Positions 1 to 11,263 of a stretch of DNA of 64,000 nucleotides are shown here, piece after piece; positions within the stretch are counted from its first letter, which is position 1; every line of letters starts with the position of its first letter. The position numbers were made by a program, and so were the translations under genes. Origin of the DNA: an uncultured Nitrososphaeraceae archaeon (lineage in GTDB: Archaea > Thermoproteota > Nitrososphaeria > Nitrososphaerales > Nitrososphaeraceae); the NCBI GenBank assembly GCA_963779615.1, contig CAVZZA010000004.1, positions 96,001 to 160,000 on the forward strand, read 5' to 3'. The notes below the pieces were generated by a model, which saw only the letters and a list, made by a program, of their open reading frames with translations, was not told where the DNA came from and made no database searches.

Positions 1-149
1 AAGGTTGTTTATAAGATAAGGTTTAGTCACGCGTTTGACTAAAAAATAGGTGCTTATGGGTTTGCCTACAGAGGGTGTGACTATAAAAAATACCATAGGC
101 ATGCCCTCCATATGCGTTGGATACTGTGCATGTGGGTGTTTGGCCTATG

Positions 150-605
150 TCATCTATTATGGCGTTGAATCCTTCCAAAAATGTTGTTGTGAGGGACGCT
201 ATAACGGAGACGGTGTCTCTATTAAGATTTGTCACTTACATGAAGCCGTTGTAGGGGTTGAAGTCAACGCAAGGTGGAAATGATCCCATTACTAGTATGG
301 TGGTCGCAACCTAGTTTGTTGCTCCGTCTATCACCGAGACGTTGTTGCTATTTTGGTTTGTCACGTACATGAACTCGTTGTACGGGTTGAAGTCAACGCT
401 AGGTGGAAATAATCCCACCGGTATGGTGGTCACAACAAATACTGGTCGTGCATCACTCTGTTAACTGGTAGGTGACAGGAAACGGCGGGTTTATCCTCGA
501 AAGTGTCCCAATCTGAGCCATTGAAGGATATACACCCGTTGCTTGTGGTTGCCGTAATGTTGAATTCATCTGCCGTTGGACACTTAAGACCAGAAATTCG
601 TGGAA
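150..605 (-). pseudogene. Degraded YVTN beta-propeller repeat protein
   Basis: The minus strand reads VVTTIPVGLFPPSVDFNPYNEFMYVTNQNSNNVSVIDGATN*VATTILVMGSFPPCVDFNPYNGFM*VTNLNRDTVSVIA. This is two YVTN repeats with two in-frame stops. Confidence 0.8.
231..410. repeat. Imperfect direct repeat, period 129 bp (43 codons, YVTN unit)
   Basis: gtcacttacatgaagccgttgtaggggttgaagtcaacgcaaggtggaaa at 231 matches gtcacgtacatgaactcgttgtacgggttgaagtcaacgctaggtggaaa at 360. Confidence 0.8.
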
Positions 606-1274
606 CCAAAATTAATTACATCTTATTTCAACTAATCGAGATATTTCAATTTTAGTTAGTGATATTTGATTCCTTAAAATTTCAAAATCATAAATCTTGA
701 TCATTTGTTTGCTCGGCAATATTTATTTATGATGGCGGGTATCAGATTTGGAATTATATTTCATATTTGATTAGATTTAACAAAACTTATTGTGAAATAT
801 ACATTATTTCAAACTAAAAACCAAAAAATGGATAAATTTGACTCTGCCTGATGACTACTTTATCTGCAAACATGGTACATGATTAAAAGGTTTCATAACT
901 GTTGAAACCCAAAAAATTATCAAATATACGAAATTGAAAAAAAATCTAAATTCGACTTGATTTTAAATTTTTTCAATTCCCAATAAATCTGATAAGCAAC
1001 ATCCCGATCAAGGTATGCGTGACTATGGAAAGGAGATGTAGAGTTACATGCTATGTCTTTGCTTCCGGTTTGTGCTTGGTAATGGCTAGTATTGGTGTCA
1101 TTACTGTGCCATTAACTAGGACTGTTGGTGACGCTAAATGTTTTTGCTCTGGTTATTGGTTCTATTAAAAACTATCGTGAAATACGCCCAATAAGTTCAA
1201 ACTATTGCCTTAAGCTAACGCAATTTGAGCCTATAGGTGAGTTTCTTGTAAAAATAAAAAAAGGTTTATTGTTC

Positions 1275-1820
1275 TTATTTGCATAGTTCAGGCTGTTCTA
1301 CGCAAATAAGGTGTTGAGTTCCAAATATTGGTGTGGTGCCAAAATGATTCTTTGTGGCTTTCGGGTCAAGAGAAATGGCTATTGCACTGTCATCATATGC
1401 GATAATTTTAGTGGGAACATCTGTCACTGGTTTATCTTTCATCGTCACAGTGGAAGTTCCGTTATATGTTGTGGAATTGTTAGCACTGTCTGTGTTTGGA
1501 TTTCCTGCAATCTTAAAGTCATATATCGAGTGAGTGTGCTTGGCAGTGCCATCCAATTTGACCATGTAGAACGTAGAGTTAAAGACCGGAGATGATGAAT
1601 TTACGTTGGAAAATTTGTAAACTCCGCCTAATATCCATGCGGGATCTGATGAGGTCCCGTTGTTCGTGTTGCTGGTGATAGATCCCTTTATGGTGTTTTT
1701 GTCCGGGTTTGTTGGATTCTGAGCCAATGCTGATTGCATAAAGCTCATGGTAACCAATGATACTGAAATTGCTACTATGAAAACAGATGCAAGTGTGTTA
1801 GAACTTATTCTCATTAACAC
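1275..1820 (-). CDS. Secreted hypothetical protein (Nitrososphaeraceae-type beta-rich)
   Basis: 181 aa ORF with a signal peptide ending SALAQ, plus HTHSIYDF and HFGTTPIFG motifs and a C-terminal Cys pair. Confidence 0.75.
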   Translation of the reverse strand: MLMRISSNTLASVFIVAISVSLVTMSFMQSALAQNPTNPDKNTIKGSITSNTNNGTSSDPAWILGGVYKFSNVNSSSPVFNSTFYMVKLDGTAKHTHSIYDFKIAGNPNTDSANNSTTYNGTSTVTMKDKPVTDVPTKIIAYDDSAIAISLDPKATKNHFGTTPIFGTQHLICVEQPELCK

Positions 1821-2064
1821 AAGTAAATAAACAAACTATTTAAGACTCTGCCCATCATGGCCATTTTCACTTGACAGTGTCCATTCCATTCTTATGATGT
1901 CCTAAAATGATGGTTACAAAAATGAGAAGGAATTTAATTGATAGCCAAGTCTTGGGCCGAGCATTTTCTGTTTCCAGGGTTTCCTCTTTTTTTGCCATGA
2001 AATAATAACTCCCTAGGTGTATTTGTTATGGGAGAGCAAACGAACTTTATCCGGGAAAAAGATT

Positions 2065-2190
2065 ATTTGATTGGATATAATACGTCTTCATCTGAATCCA
2101 CTCCATCTGTAATTTAAACATCGCCTTGAGAATTAAGAGCAGTTCCGACAGGGTTTTGCGAATGCACATGCGCTGGATCAATATTTTCAA
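2065..2190 (-). pseudogene. NHL-repeat fragment
   Basis: The minus strand reads NPVGTALNSQGDV*ITDG, matching NHL consensus PxGIAVDSxGNVYVTD with Tyr replaced by a stop. Confidence 0.35.
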
Positions 2191-2345
2191 TGGTTCATAC
2201 CCTTATTTTTTAGCGTTACCTTTAATTGGATATAAAGTGCTGAACTATATACATCACCTCAAGATTATATTGTCGGTTGATTGAATTTACCCTGCAATTA
2301 TCAATTGGTAATACGGTTAAATAAAATGGATGGCAGGTTATTTCG

Positions 2346-3350
2346 ATGAAAAAAATTAACACAGAACCAGTAGCATATTCATTAGGCATTCACATTGTTT
2401 TTGTGATTTTGATCATTTCCTTTGCATCAACTAGTTTTGCACAAACATCTAACTCACCAAATCAGGAATCAATACCAAGTCCAATATTCATTACCCATAG
2501 GGCAGACAATAATGTTTTGGCATTGCCCAGTGAAAAAATATGGCCCGCCGGCCTCGACATGACATATACAGATGCAACTGATGATGGAGAAGTTGTTGTT
2601 GCTACAAGCTCCGGCGAAAACCAAGTTTTTGTATTTAATGGCACCAATGGCAGCACAATCAACAAAATAAAAGTAGGTGGTTATCCCACAGGGATTAAAA
2701 TATCCCCTGATAAAAAATACGTGCTTGTTGCTAATCAGATACCAGGTACAGTAAGCGTCATAGACCTGGAAAATATGCAAGATGTTGATGAAATAAAGGT
2801 AGGCGTGGTTCCGCATAACATGGTATTCTCACCCAATGGAACAAAAGCTTATGTGACCATTCAAGGAGAGGATAAAGTCGTGGTTTTGGATGTAAAGGAT
2901 TCCTTCAAGAAGGTAGCCGAAATTAAGGATGCCAAGGGCCCGCACAATTTGGATATAACTAGTGATGGTAAATTACTTTTTGTAGCTAATGCAGCTTCAA
3001 GCGATGTTGCAGTTGTGAATACTACAACTCTTCAAGTCATAAAGAAAATCCCCGTAAGCCTTGGTCATCATGGCATAGATGTATCCCCCGATAACAAGAG
3101 AGCATATGCTTCAGGGATAGGCGATGACAAGATAAGTGTGATTGATGTAGGAAACCTAGACCTGATAAAGCAGGTATCGGTAGGCAAAGGGCCTCATGGC
3201 ATACGTACAAGCTCTGATGGAAAGAATCTTTATGTTGCTGCAAGCGCTACCAATGAGCTAGTTGTGCTCAATACTGATACATTAGATATAACGGAAAAAA
3301 TTCCTGTAGGAAAGGTTCCCTTCTGGATAGCTGTTCCAGGGAATACTTGA
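2346..3350 (+). CDS. Secreted YncE/YVTN-family beta-propeller protein
   Basis: Signal peptide (SFAQ) followed by repeated IKVGxxP(H)xxxxSPDGKxxYVxN...VSVID units. Confidence 0.9.
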   Translation: MKKINTEPVAYSLGIHIVFVILIISFASTSFAQTSNSPNQESIPSPIFITHRADNNVLALPSEKIWPAGLDMTYTDATDDGEVVVATSSGENQVFVFNGTNGSTINKIKVGGYPTGIKISPDKKYVLVANQIPGTVSVIDLENMQDVDEIKVGVVPHNMVFSPNGTKAYVTIQGEDKVVVLDVKDSFKKVAEIKDAKGPHNLDITSDGKLLFVANAASSDVAVVNTTTLQVIKKIPVSLGHHGIDVSPDNKRAYASGIGDDKISVIDVGNLDLIKQVSVGKGPHGIRTSSDGKNLYVAASATNELVVLNTDTLDITEKIPVGKVPFWIAVPGNT

Positions 3351-3819
3351 TTAATCCCTCTCATTTGAAGATATATTTAACAAATTATCTGCCGCTGATC
3401 TTGTGGCGGCATCTTCTATCATGTGAGAAGTACAGGTTAAACTAGTTCTATAAAATATAATTTAAAAGATTTAGATGAGAGTGGGAGGGTTTTATTCTTT
3501 GAGTCATTGTATTTTTGGTCTTTGGTGTCTAGTGTACCATGCTTTACGAAAGTAAAGCAGCACGGATTGTACTGAATTCCTATTGTTGTGAGGCATATCT
3601 TTCGCATCAGTTGGATGCACTCCCACTAGTTTCTAGGTGGTGAGATCAGGGTCTGCTTTTAGCATGAGGAAACAGATTAAGGATACACATAAACTATCGC
3701 ATTTATTTCAACAATTTAGGTGAAAGTGAACAGATACCTCTTAATGGAACATTATTATTGCTCGGTTTGCAACATGAATTAACCATTTTTATAATGCCTG
3801 CCTGTTGGTTTACAATACA

Positions 3820-3827
3820 TTTAAAAA
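3820..3827 (+). promoter_or_regulatory. Putative archaeal TATA box of the DUF4242 gene (near-leaderless)
   Basis: TTTAAAAA lies 24-31 bp upstream of the ATG at 3851. Confidence 0.45.
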
Positions 3828-3850
3828 TAACAAATTAGGATATAATTAAA

Positions 3851-4087
3851 ATGCCAAAGTTTCTTGATGTTCACAGTTTAAAAGGCCTTGATGAGGAGTC
3901 CCTAAGAAAGGCACAAAATTCTCCTAAAGATGAGTTTGGTGTTACGCCTGATAACATAATGTATAACATGGAAGAAGACAAGTTTTTTTGTCTGCTTGAT
4001 GCCCCAAGTAAAGAGGCAATTATCAAACATCATGAGAAGTATGGTTTCAAGTGTGATTGGATTACAGAAGTTAAGACAACTGCATGA
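3851..4087 (+). CDS. DUF4242 / SCO4226-like nickel-binding protein
   Basis: MPKFLDVH...FCLLDAPSKEAIIKHH...DWITEV pattern in a 78 aa ORF. Confidence 0.85.
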   Translation: MPKFLDVHSLKGLDEESLRKAQNSPKDEFGVTPDNIMYNMEEDKFFCLLDAPSKEAIIKHHEKYGFKCDWITEVKTTA

Positions 4088-4821
4088 GATATGCACTAAG
4101 GACACGACCATCTGACTGTATTTATAAAAAAAGAGGCAATTTACTCCATCTTCGTTCTTTACTCGTCTACAAAGAGGATACAAAAGTGAAATGCCGTTAT
4201 TTGGCCATGATGTTTAGAGGTCAAATCATTTATTCGTTCTAGACTTGAGTGATCAATTCCATGATGTAGAAAATATTGTAATCTATTGTGGACATTAACC
4301 AACCAAAAATATGTCAGGTTAAGGCGTGTCTTCAAAATCCGATTTCAAGATAGGTTACAAATTTTGATAATGCAGTTCCAATAAACATGAAGAATTATCT
4401 CCGATGACTCGGTTAACTCCCGATGAGCACAACAATGCAAGGAAAAACCGGGATAATTCATTTATCAGTCAGTTTGCCTCAATCTTAAAAACTGTAGCCT
4501 AATAAGAACACAAATTTGAGCGAGCTTTGCGTTTCGATGGTAACTTACAAAGCTGGGACTTTTTGGCATTCGCTGGAAGGACATTTAGAATATTATAAAT
4601 GCGAGGATTTGAAGAATGCAATCTTTAAAACCATCATCAATGTTAAAAGATATTTAAAATAGGAACATAGATTGTATTGTAAAAATATTGGATGAATGTT
4701 TTGAAAACGGCTTTATCAACTCCACCTAAAAGCCGACATAAAAAAACCAATTTTGATGATAAATAATGTGGAGAAACTTGACTTTTAAGGCGATGCAGCT
4801 TAAAAGGGATATTTTGTGATT

Positions 4822-5847
4822 TTATCCCCTAATTGCCAATGCCCATGGATGTTGAAAGCTATATTCTTTTGGCCAAGGTATGTCCAACATATCCCATGAA
4901 ATTCCTGAATCTTTAGAGCAATAAATTCCTCGATTATTCAAGCAATAAAATTCATCTCTTATTCTTGGGTTGGATTCAAGCATTGAGATTACGGTTCCCC
5001 TTGATCCGGGTAAACCGGTAGTAGCCAAAGTCCGTTCATTATCATCATCATATAAACGCCTATACAGAAAAGATTCTGGATCCTCAATAGAGTATGATTT
5101 CCAAGCATTGCTGGCAGCCGATACAACTAAATTTTGAGGATCATCTGAATTTACTGCAACGCTGAATAAATAGGTGTTACGTCCTAGTCCCTCACCGTAT
5201 CTTTTCCAAGAATTACCGTAGTCTTGACTTTCAAAATAACCATCGCCTGCAGCATAATAGAGTCTTTTTGGTGCTTTTTTGTGAGTTATGAGCGCATGTG
5301 TATCATATGGACTGTTCTCTACTTTGTCTATCCATGTTTGGCCGCCATCGAAACTCTTAATCAGCGCTCCAGCCTCAATTGCAACAAAAACATACTCTTT
5401 TTTATTTACATCAGGTTCTATCCAGCGAACATGATGGGTCCATGGTCTCGGAGGAAATGACCACGAAGAGGATGAGGGTAGTTTGTAAAACCCATTAATT
5501 TTTTCCCAGGTTTGACCACCATCATTTGACGAAAAAATTACACTAGGCTCCATGCCAACAAACAGCCTGTTAAATCCCTCTTTTCCTTTTTCAACAGGAC
5601 TAACAGCAACAGACGTGATATTGGAACCAGAAACGTTTAACGAGGTCCTTTCCCATGTTTGACAATTGTCATCGGTTTTCCAAAGTCCGGCATCAAAAGT
5701 CCCACAGTATGCCCTCACAGGATTTTGAGGATCGTACGCCAGGCTATTGGGATTGTGCTGTTTCATGTGCTCATGAACCTTCCATCCATCTTTTGTCGAG
5801 TCCAACACTAAAAGTGAATTTTGCACTGAAGCAAGAATAGTGGTCAC
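4822..5847 (-). CDS. BNR/Asp-box (WD40/YVTN/BNR-like) repeat protein, glycosyl-hydrolase-like propeller
   Basis: Multiple SxDGGxTW Asp-boxes and a WSFPPRPWTHHVRWI motif; no signal peptide. Confidence 0.85.
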   Translation of the reverse strand: MTTILASVQNSLLVLDSTKDGWKVHEHMKQHNPNSLAYDPQNPVRAYCGTFDAGLWKTDDNCQTWERTSLNVSGSNITSVAVSPVEKGKEGFNRLFVGMEPSVIFSSNDGGQTWEKINGFYKLPSSSSWSFPPRPWTHHVRWIEPDVNKKEYVFVAIEAGALIKSFDGGQTWIDKVENSPYDTHALITHKKAPKRLYYAAGDGYFESQDYGNSWKRYGEGLGRNTYLFSVAVNSDDPQNLVVSAASNAWKSYSIEDPESFLYRRLYDDDNERTLATTGLPGSRGTVISMLESNPRIRDEFYCLNNRGIYCSKDSGISWDMLDIPWPKEYSFQHPWALAIRG

Positions 5848-5853
5848 CTTCTA

Positions 5854-5881
5854 TGATCACATTTTACCTACTGATCACATT
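5854..5881. promoter_or_regulatory. Tandem TGATCACATT boxes upstream of the BNR gene
   Basis: An identical 10-mer with palindromic TGATCA core occurs at 5854 and 5872, just before the start codon. Confidence 0.35.
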
Positions 5882-6420
5882 ATTTAAAATGGTAGTGGAC
5901 TTGTAAAGGAAGGCTTTTTTGCTTCTCAATAATGCTGTCTACAACGACTTGGTCTTTTGACTATTCGATCGTTTGTTTTATTTGCTGTGGAGTGATATCA
6001 TGATATTACTTGAGAATATATTGTAACTAAAAAGATCTCTTATTGTAGATGTCTTGAAAAACAAAATTCTGTATGATAATAAAGCAATGAAACATTTTTT
6101 ATTGGACTGTGACGAGAAATCAGATTGGGTTGAAAAACGGATAAATCAGTATATGATAGGGTTGTTGAGTCGCCGGTTGCAAAATGTATCATCATTGTCC
6201 ATGGTATTATGCTATTCAAGCCCACACGATTGTAATTAGCATTACATTAATAATCAAGTTTCATAAGACTAGTGACCGTATGATAAGATTTATTGTATTA
6301 ACGCTTTAGACATCATTACACGATTGCTGTCTACTTGCCAAAAAGGAATCATAACCCGGTATATGTTTTTAAAAATAAATTAAAAAATCACTATTTTCTT
6401 GTAGTAATTGTTAATGGATT

Positions 6421-7041
6421 TTACCACCCTGAATTGTATTTAGATTGACCTCCGCCATAATCACCATGCATACCCTTCATCCCTTTGCCTTGATCATAAT
6501 CACCATGCATATCCATCATTTTCATGCCCTCATGTCCTCCTGAATGCATCATCATCATCCAGTCCATCATTGACAATTCTTTTGATTGCAAGACTTGACC
6601 ATTGCCTGGGTCTACTAGCACCTTATTGAATTTCATATCAGGGGATCCCAAAATTATGGAATACACCAGCACTCCGCCCTTCTCGTCACCATTTGCGGAC
6701 ATGGCATATGAGTTGTTTCCTACGTGCTGCTCAGCAGTAGTTATTGCCTGTGTTAAAGTTGTGTTGACTTTTGATTCAATAGCCTGGTACATTGTATTCA
6801 TAATATTGATGGTTCCATTAATTTTCTCGTGTGTCTTATTCTCCACACCCATCATTGGGTTATCGTATCTATCTTTCATCATCACGTTGTTGCCAGCCAT
6901 ATCTGTTGTATTTGCACTTGGGGTCGCATCTGTTTGTGCAAAAACATTGCTTGAAGTTGAAATGGGTAGAAACCCTATTGTTGCAGTTATCAATGCTGCC
7001 AAAATCACAAAACTCATTGGAAATTTAGTAGTCATTGTCAT
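6421..7041 (-). CDS. Secreted PepSY-like protein with Met/His-rich tail
   Basis: Signal peptide (VFAQ), PepSY-like TLTQAITTAEQHV...LVYSI...VLVDPGNGQVL, and tail MMDWMMMMHSGGHEGMKMMDMHGDY..MHGDY. Confidence 0.85.
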   Translation of the reverse strand: MTMTTKFPMSFVILAALITATIGFLPISTSSNVFAQTDATPSANTTDMAGNNVMMKDRYDNPMMGVENKTHEKINGTINIMNTMYQAIESKVNTTLTQAITTAEQHVGNNSYAMSANGDEKGGVLVYSIILGSPDMKFNKVLVDPGNGQVLQSKELSMMDWMMMMHSGGHEGMKMMDMHGDYDQGKGMKGMHGDYGGGQSKYNSGW

Positions 7042-7523
7042 TTAATGAAAAGCAACAGATAAAAGTTTATACTATATTATTTATGTGGAAAATTACACTC
7101 TAAGATAATATCAAAGGGATTTGCATCAGACTTGGCATCTAGTCACCATGTTTTGTATATCATCACTCATGCATTCCATATGCTGTTATTCTTGGGTGTC
7201 TTGCCTGATATTCGCAATTTTTCCTTTTTTTAACATTGATTGTAATATGAGCGCATATTGTACAAACCCAACCTACCAAATTAATTATTCAAATCTTATC
7301 CATGGTGGTTTTGCTCAATTGGTTATAACAAGTATGTCATAACAGCATATGTATTTGAAGAAGAAGAAGATCAAGGATAAATCAAAATTATGTGAAATAA
7401 TGGCTTAGTCTATTTATTGACCAACAAAATAAACATACGGTGTTAGGTTAAAAGCCTATCGCTTAGAGCACTTCTTTTCAAATAGTTTAGCATTTAATAT
7501 ATAAAGAGAGAATATACAAAAAT

Positions 7524-8281
7524 ATGTCTGGCTTAAATGAGCATACCGAAGAACATTGTCAACAAATATCCCAATTAAAGTAAAAATTGGCCATAGTTAC
7601 AATACATGATGCTTGCCCTGCTTTCTCTACAAAAACATTCCAATTAGCAGATGAACTTGAGGACATGGAAATAAAATTCAATATATCTTTAATCCCCTTT
7701 TACAAGGAAATAGGGATTTGCCAAGGTTTCCTGAATTTGTAGAAAAAATTAAATCATACAGACAGTGTGAAATAGCTTTACATGGCCTCTACCATGAGAG
7801 AAAAAACGGTGAGTCTGATAACTTTCATTCAGTTACAAAGGCAGCTGCAGAAGGGGAAATATGTGCTGGCCTTGAAATATTTCAAGAAGTAAAAATAAAA
7901 ACTAATGTGTTTATACCGCCAGCATGGAAGCTAAATGATGAATCAATCGATATACTGGAAAAAGTAGGATTTGAATTTTCGGAAATGGAAGAAAGACTCC
8001 TATTGAACTCAAATTAAATCATTCAAAAAGATAAAAGTTCTCAAAGTATTTAATTGGGATTCGACAGGATATCCTGAAAAAACACCGTAAACATTAAACG
8101 AGACGGAAAAAGATTTCAAGACTTAATTAAACAATCTCCTCCTAACATTAGGGTTGCCTTGCATCCACGAGATCCAACTGGAGCATTAGATGAACAAAAA
8201 GATATGATAAATTAACAAAAAGGGGAAAACTTTCTTATGCCCTTATATTCTGAGATAATACCAAAATTGCAGGAATTATAG
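7524..8281 (+). pseudogene. DUF2334 / polysaccharide deacetylase-like pseudogene
   Basis: Fragments AIVTIHDACP, EIALHGLYH, FIPPAW and IRVALHPRD are spread across frames, with a TAA at 7581 and frameshifts near 7715 and 8015. Confidence 0.8.
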
Positions 8282-8803
8282 CCAATAAAAATAATCTCTG
8301 TAACTAAACAATGCCTATACAAATAAGTGACACATTACATTAAAGGCTGCTCCATCTGAAAAATTAACAATATTTGTTATAATTTCGTTATGAAATTGAG
8401 AAACAAGTTCAAGGCTATTCCCTACGGATTAAGCCCTGAATTCCTTAGGAGAATGAGGTTTTCAGTAGGTGTTATAAAGGCTCTTTGGGATGGAGGATTA
8501 AAGACAGGTCAGAAACTAAAAGGTATCAAAACGAGATAGTCTGCCTAATATCTCATACTGTGAGAGAATGCAATTACTCAAGGCCTAAAATCATGATGCT
8601 GCCTAAAGAATGCCTTGTTGCATGATTATTGCAAATCGCTTTTTGTTGGCCTTTTGGTTATTATCGGAGTATCGAGTCATAATATAATGGAAATTGCTAA
8701 TATAGTGGCATAGTTTTAACCGTTTTCGAATCATGCAACAAGGGACTAAAAAAACAAAAGGAAAACTCTATAGCCTTTGGATTTGCATTGAAGGTGATTT
8801 GCA

Positions 8804-9901
8804 TTGAGTGAGGATTTTATCAAGGTTGCCGATACAAAGGACATCCAACCTTCACAAATGAAAGAAGTCCAAGTTGATGGTGAAAATATCTGCGTAGTTA
8901 ACGTCAATGGAAAATACTACGCTATTGGTAGTATTTGCACTCACGAAGGTGGACCTCTAGCCGATGGAACTCTTGAGGGATATGAGGTTGAATGCCCCTG
9001 GCATAACTCAAAATTTGATGTAAGGACAGGAGAAGTGACAAGCCCTCCTGCAAATGAACCAGAACCGTCCTATGAAGTAAAGGTAGATGGCAATAGCATA
9101 CTGATAAAGAGACAAGGTAAAAGCAAATCATCTCCTCTAACTGAGCTAACATTGCTAGAAAAAAATAAAGTCGAGGGAACCGACGTAATGTCATTTAGGT
9201 TTGGTAATCAGAATAACCAGGAAAAAGACAGAACACCACTACTGGATTATACCGCAGGTCAGTTTGCCTTTTTCGATATAGGTGGTGTATATGCTGACAC
9301 CAAAGGCCCAATCAGGCATTTTACCATTTCATCTTCCCCAACTGAGAATTTTATAATGCTTAGCACCAGAATCAGAGACTCGCCATACAAAAAGAGACTC
9401 TCAACATTAGAGGAGGGTTCTAAAGTCAAGGTGAGGGGCCCTGAGGGGCAATTTGTTTTGCATCAGGATTATTCAAAGCCCGCTGTGTTTATTTCTGGAG
9501 GAATAGGCGTAACTCCATTTAGAAGTATGATAAAGTATGCTACGGATAAGCGGCTGCCATCGCGTATATTCATGTTTGATTCGAACAGGAACAAGGGAAA
9601 CATTCTTTTCAAAAAGGAGTTTGATGATTGGGAAAATACAAATAAAAATCTAAAAATTATCTATACCATTAGTGAAGATCCACACGGACAATCATTACCT
9701 GCTGCAAATGGTTGGAAAGGAGAATACGGAAGAATAGACAAAGCGATGATTTTAAAGTACATGGATAGTAACGCAATAAACAATTCAATGTTCTATGTCT
9801 GTGGTCCTCCTGGCATGCTAAAAGATATGCAGTCTTTGCTCCAAGAGGATATGGGGATTCCAAAAGAAAGAATCAAGGTTGAAGAGTTTACAGGTTACTG
9901 A
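8804..9901 (+). CDS. Rieske [2Fe-2S] ferredoxin fused to FNR-type FAD/NAD(P)H reductase
   Basis: N-terminal CTH...CPWH Rieske ligands; C-terminal RHFTISS, GGIGVTPF, YVCGPPGM and EEF motifs. Confidence 0.92.
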   Translation: MSEDFIKVADTKDIQPSQMKEVQVDGENICVVNVNGKYYAIGSICTHEGGPLADGTLEGYEVECPWHNSKFDVRTGEVTSPPANEPEPSYEVKVDGNSILIKRQGKSKSSPLTELTLLEKNKVEGTDVMSFRFGNQNNQEKDRTPLLDYTAGQFAFFDIGGVYADTKGPIRHFTISSSPTENFIMLSTRIRDSPYKKRLSTLEEGSKVKVRGPEGQFVLHQDYSKPAVFISGGIGVTPFRSMIKYATDKRLPSRIFMFDSNRNKGNILFKKEFDDWENTNKNLKIIYTISEDPHGQSLPAANGWKGEYGRIDKAMILKYMDSNAINNSMFYVCGPPGMLKDMQSLLQEDMGIPKERIKVEEFTGY

Positions 9902-10810
9902 GGATTAAAGGTCAACTGTTTCCTTTTGGAAATTACTTTTCACTCCCAAGTCTAGGCCAAATATGCTTTAAATGGCTACGAGCTTACAATCCGTTCGATT
10001 TAATGGTATGTCCTAGTGATGCAAGTGATATTTGATTTTTAACCAAGATTAATCCTGCTGTAAAAGGTGTTAATTGATTAGTTAATAACCTGTTTTCACA
10101 TTTTTTGCAATAAAAGTAAAACTGTTTTAAATAAGGACTCCTAACAGTCATCACTATTTAGTAAAGATGTTAATTTCTCGATGTTTTGATTAGTCCCCAA
10201 AGAAAGATCATCCTGATATAAAAAAAATAAATAATGTGATCAAGTCAATTTATATTACTATTTTTTATATCCCGATTAACCAAATTAACTATAACGCAAA
10301 AAGGTTAATACTATTTTAACTTCTGTATAAACTAGATCATCATTTAATACTGATAGTGATAAACGTGATGAAACCCAACTATCAAAAGCAGTAAAATCAA
10401 TTAGACAACTAAAAAATATCGAGAAGGAAATGGTAAAACTAAGGTTCAAGGAAGCTGAATTAAAGGTTTAGGTTCTAATATGACATATATCCAAGAGTAT
10501 CTTCTATATATAACACATTGATATTCAGTTGAAACTCTGGATGAAAAGAAAGAATTAATTTATCATTACCATTTTTGGCATAGGAAATGCAATTAATATG
10601 TTTGTCAATCAGGGTTTCCATCACACATGAAAATATTTTCTAATTGACTCCTATGTTTCAGTAATTCATTTCACATATATTTTCAACAAAAAAACTTTCC
10701 AGAAAACCACTCTTTGCATATAACATGTAAAATCCTGTTTATTTGATTATAATTCTTTGGCAAAAATTATTTGATAGTTATAAAATCCCAAAATAAGAAT
10801 GAAAGCCATC

Positions 10811-11263
10811 TCACAATGAATCCATAAATTGGACAAAATCAGAATTATGGACGTGTTTTGTATTATCCCAAACCTTTTTGAATTTTGGGATATCAATAAG
10901 TGTTTCTGCTAGTGCTTTCCATCTGGGCCAAAGCTTTGTATCCATCATTTTAGTATTATATTGGTGAAAAAGAAACTCAATTAAATCAAGGTATGCAACT
11001 ACAGTGTAATATTCATCAGGGTTATCTACTAGAGCCAGCCGTTCTGCAAATAACGGGCTTTCTTTTGCCATCTTTGTAAATGTTTCATTGTTTTCAAGTT
11101 TCATTCTTGATTCGATTATTCTGGCATATATCTGCTGTTCACTTTGTATACGCATGCTTTTCTTTATTGATGAGGATTGCAACAGTGATAAACCCAATAA
11201 AGATGCAAGTATCCCAACAGTAATTATTGTTGAAATTTCTGAGAAATTCATATCATCTTTCAA
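10811..11263 (-). CDS. Hypothetical membrane-anchored protein
   Basis: 150 aa ORF with one N-terminal hydrophobic helix followed by a helical soluble domain. Confidence 0.75.
   Translation of the reverse strand: MKDDMNFSEISTIITVGILASLLGLSLLQSSSIKKSMRIQSEQQIYARIIESRMKLENNETFTKMAKESPLFAERLALVDNPDEYYTVVAYLDLIEFLFHQYNTKMMDTKLWPRWKALAETLIDIPKFKKVWDNTKHVHNSDFVQFMDSL

Noticed and set aside
4150-4800. Stop-interrupted coding-like stretch
   Set aside because: Could not be assigned to any family by eye.
6602-7045. 147 aa plus-strand ORF and similar antisense ORFs overlapping real genes throughout the window
   Set aside because: These are shadows of well-supported genes on the opposite strand or in another frame.
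8400-8640. Possible IS5-like transposase debris
   Set aside because: No convincing catalytic motif or paired inverted repeats could be read.
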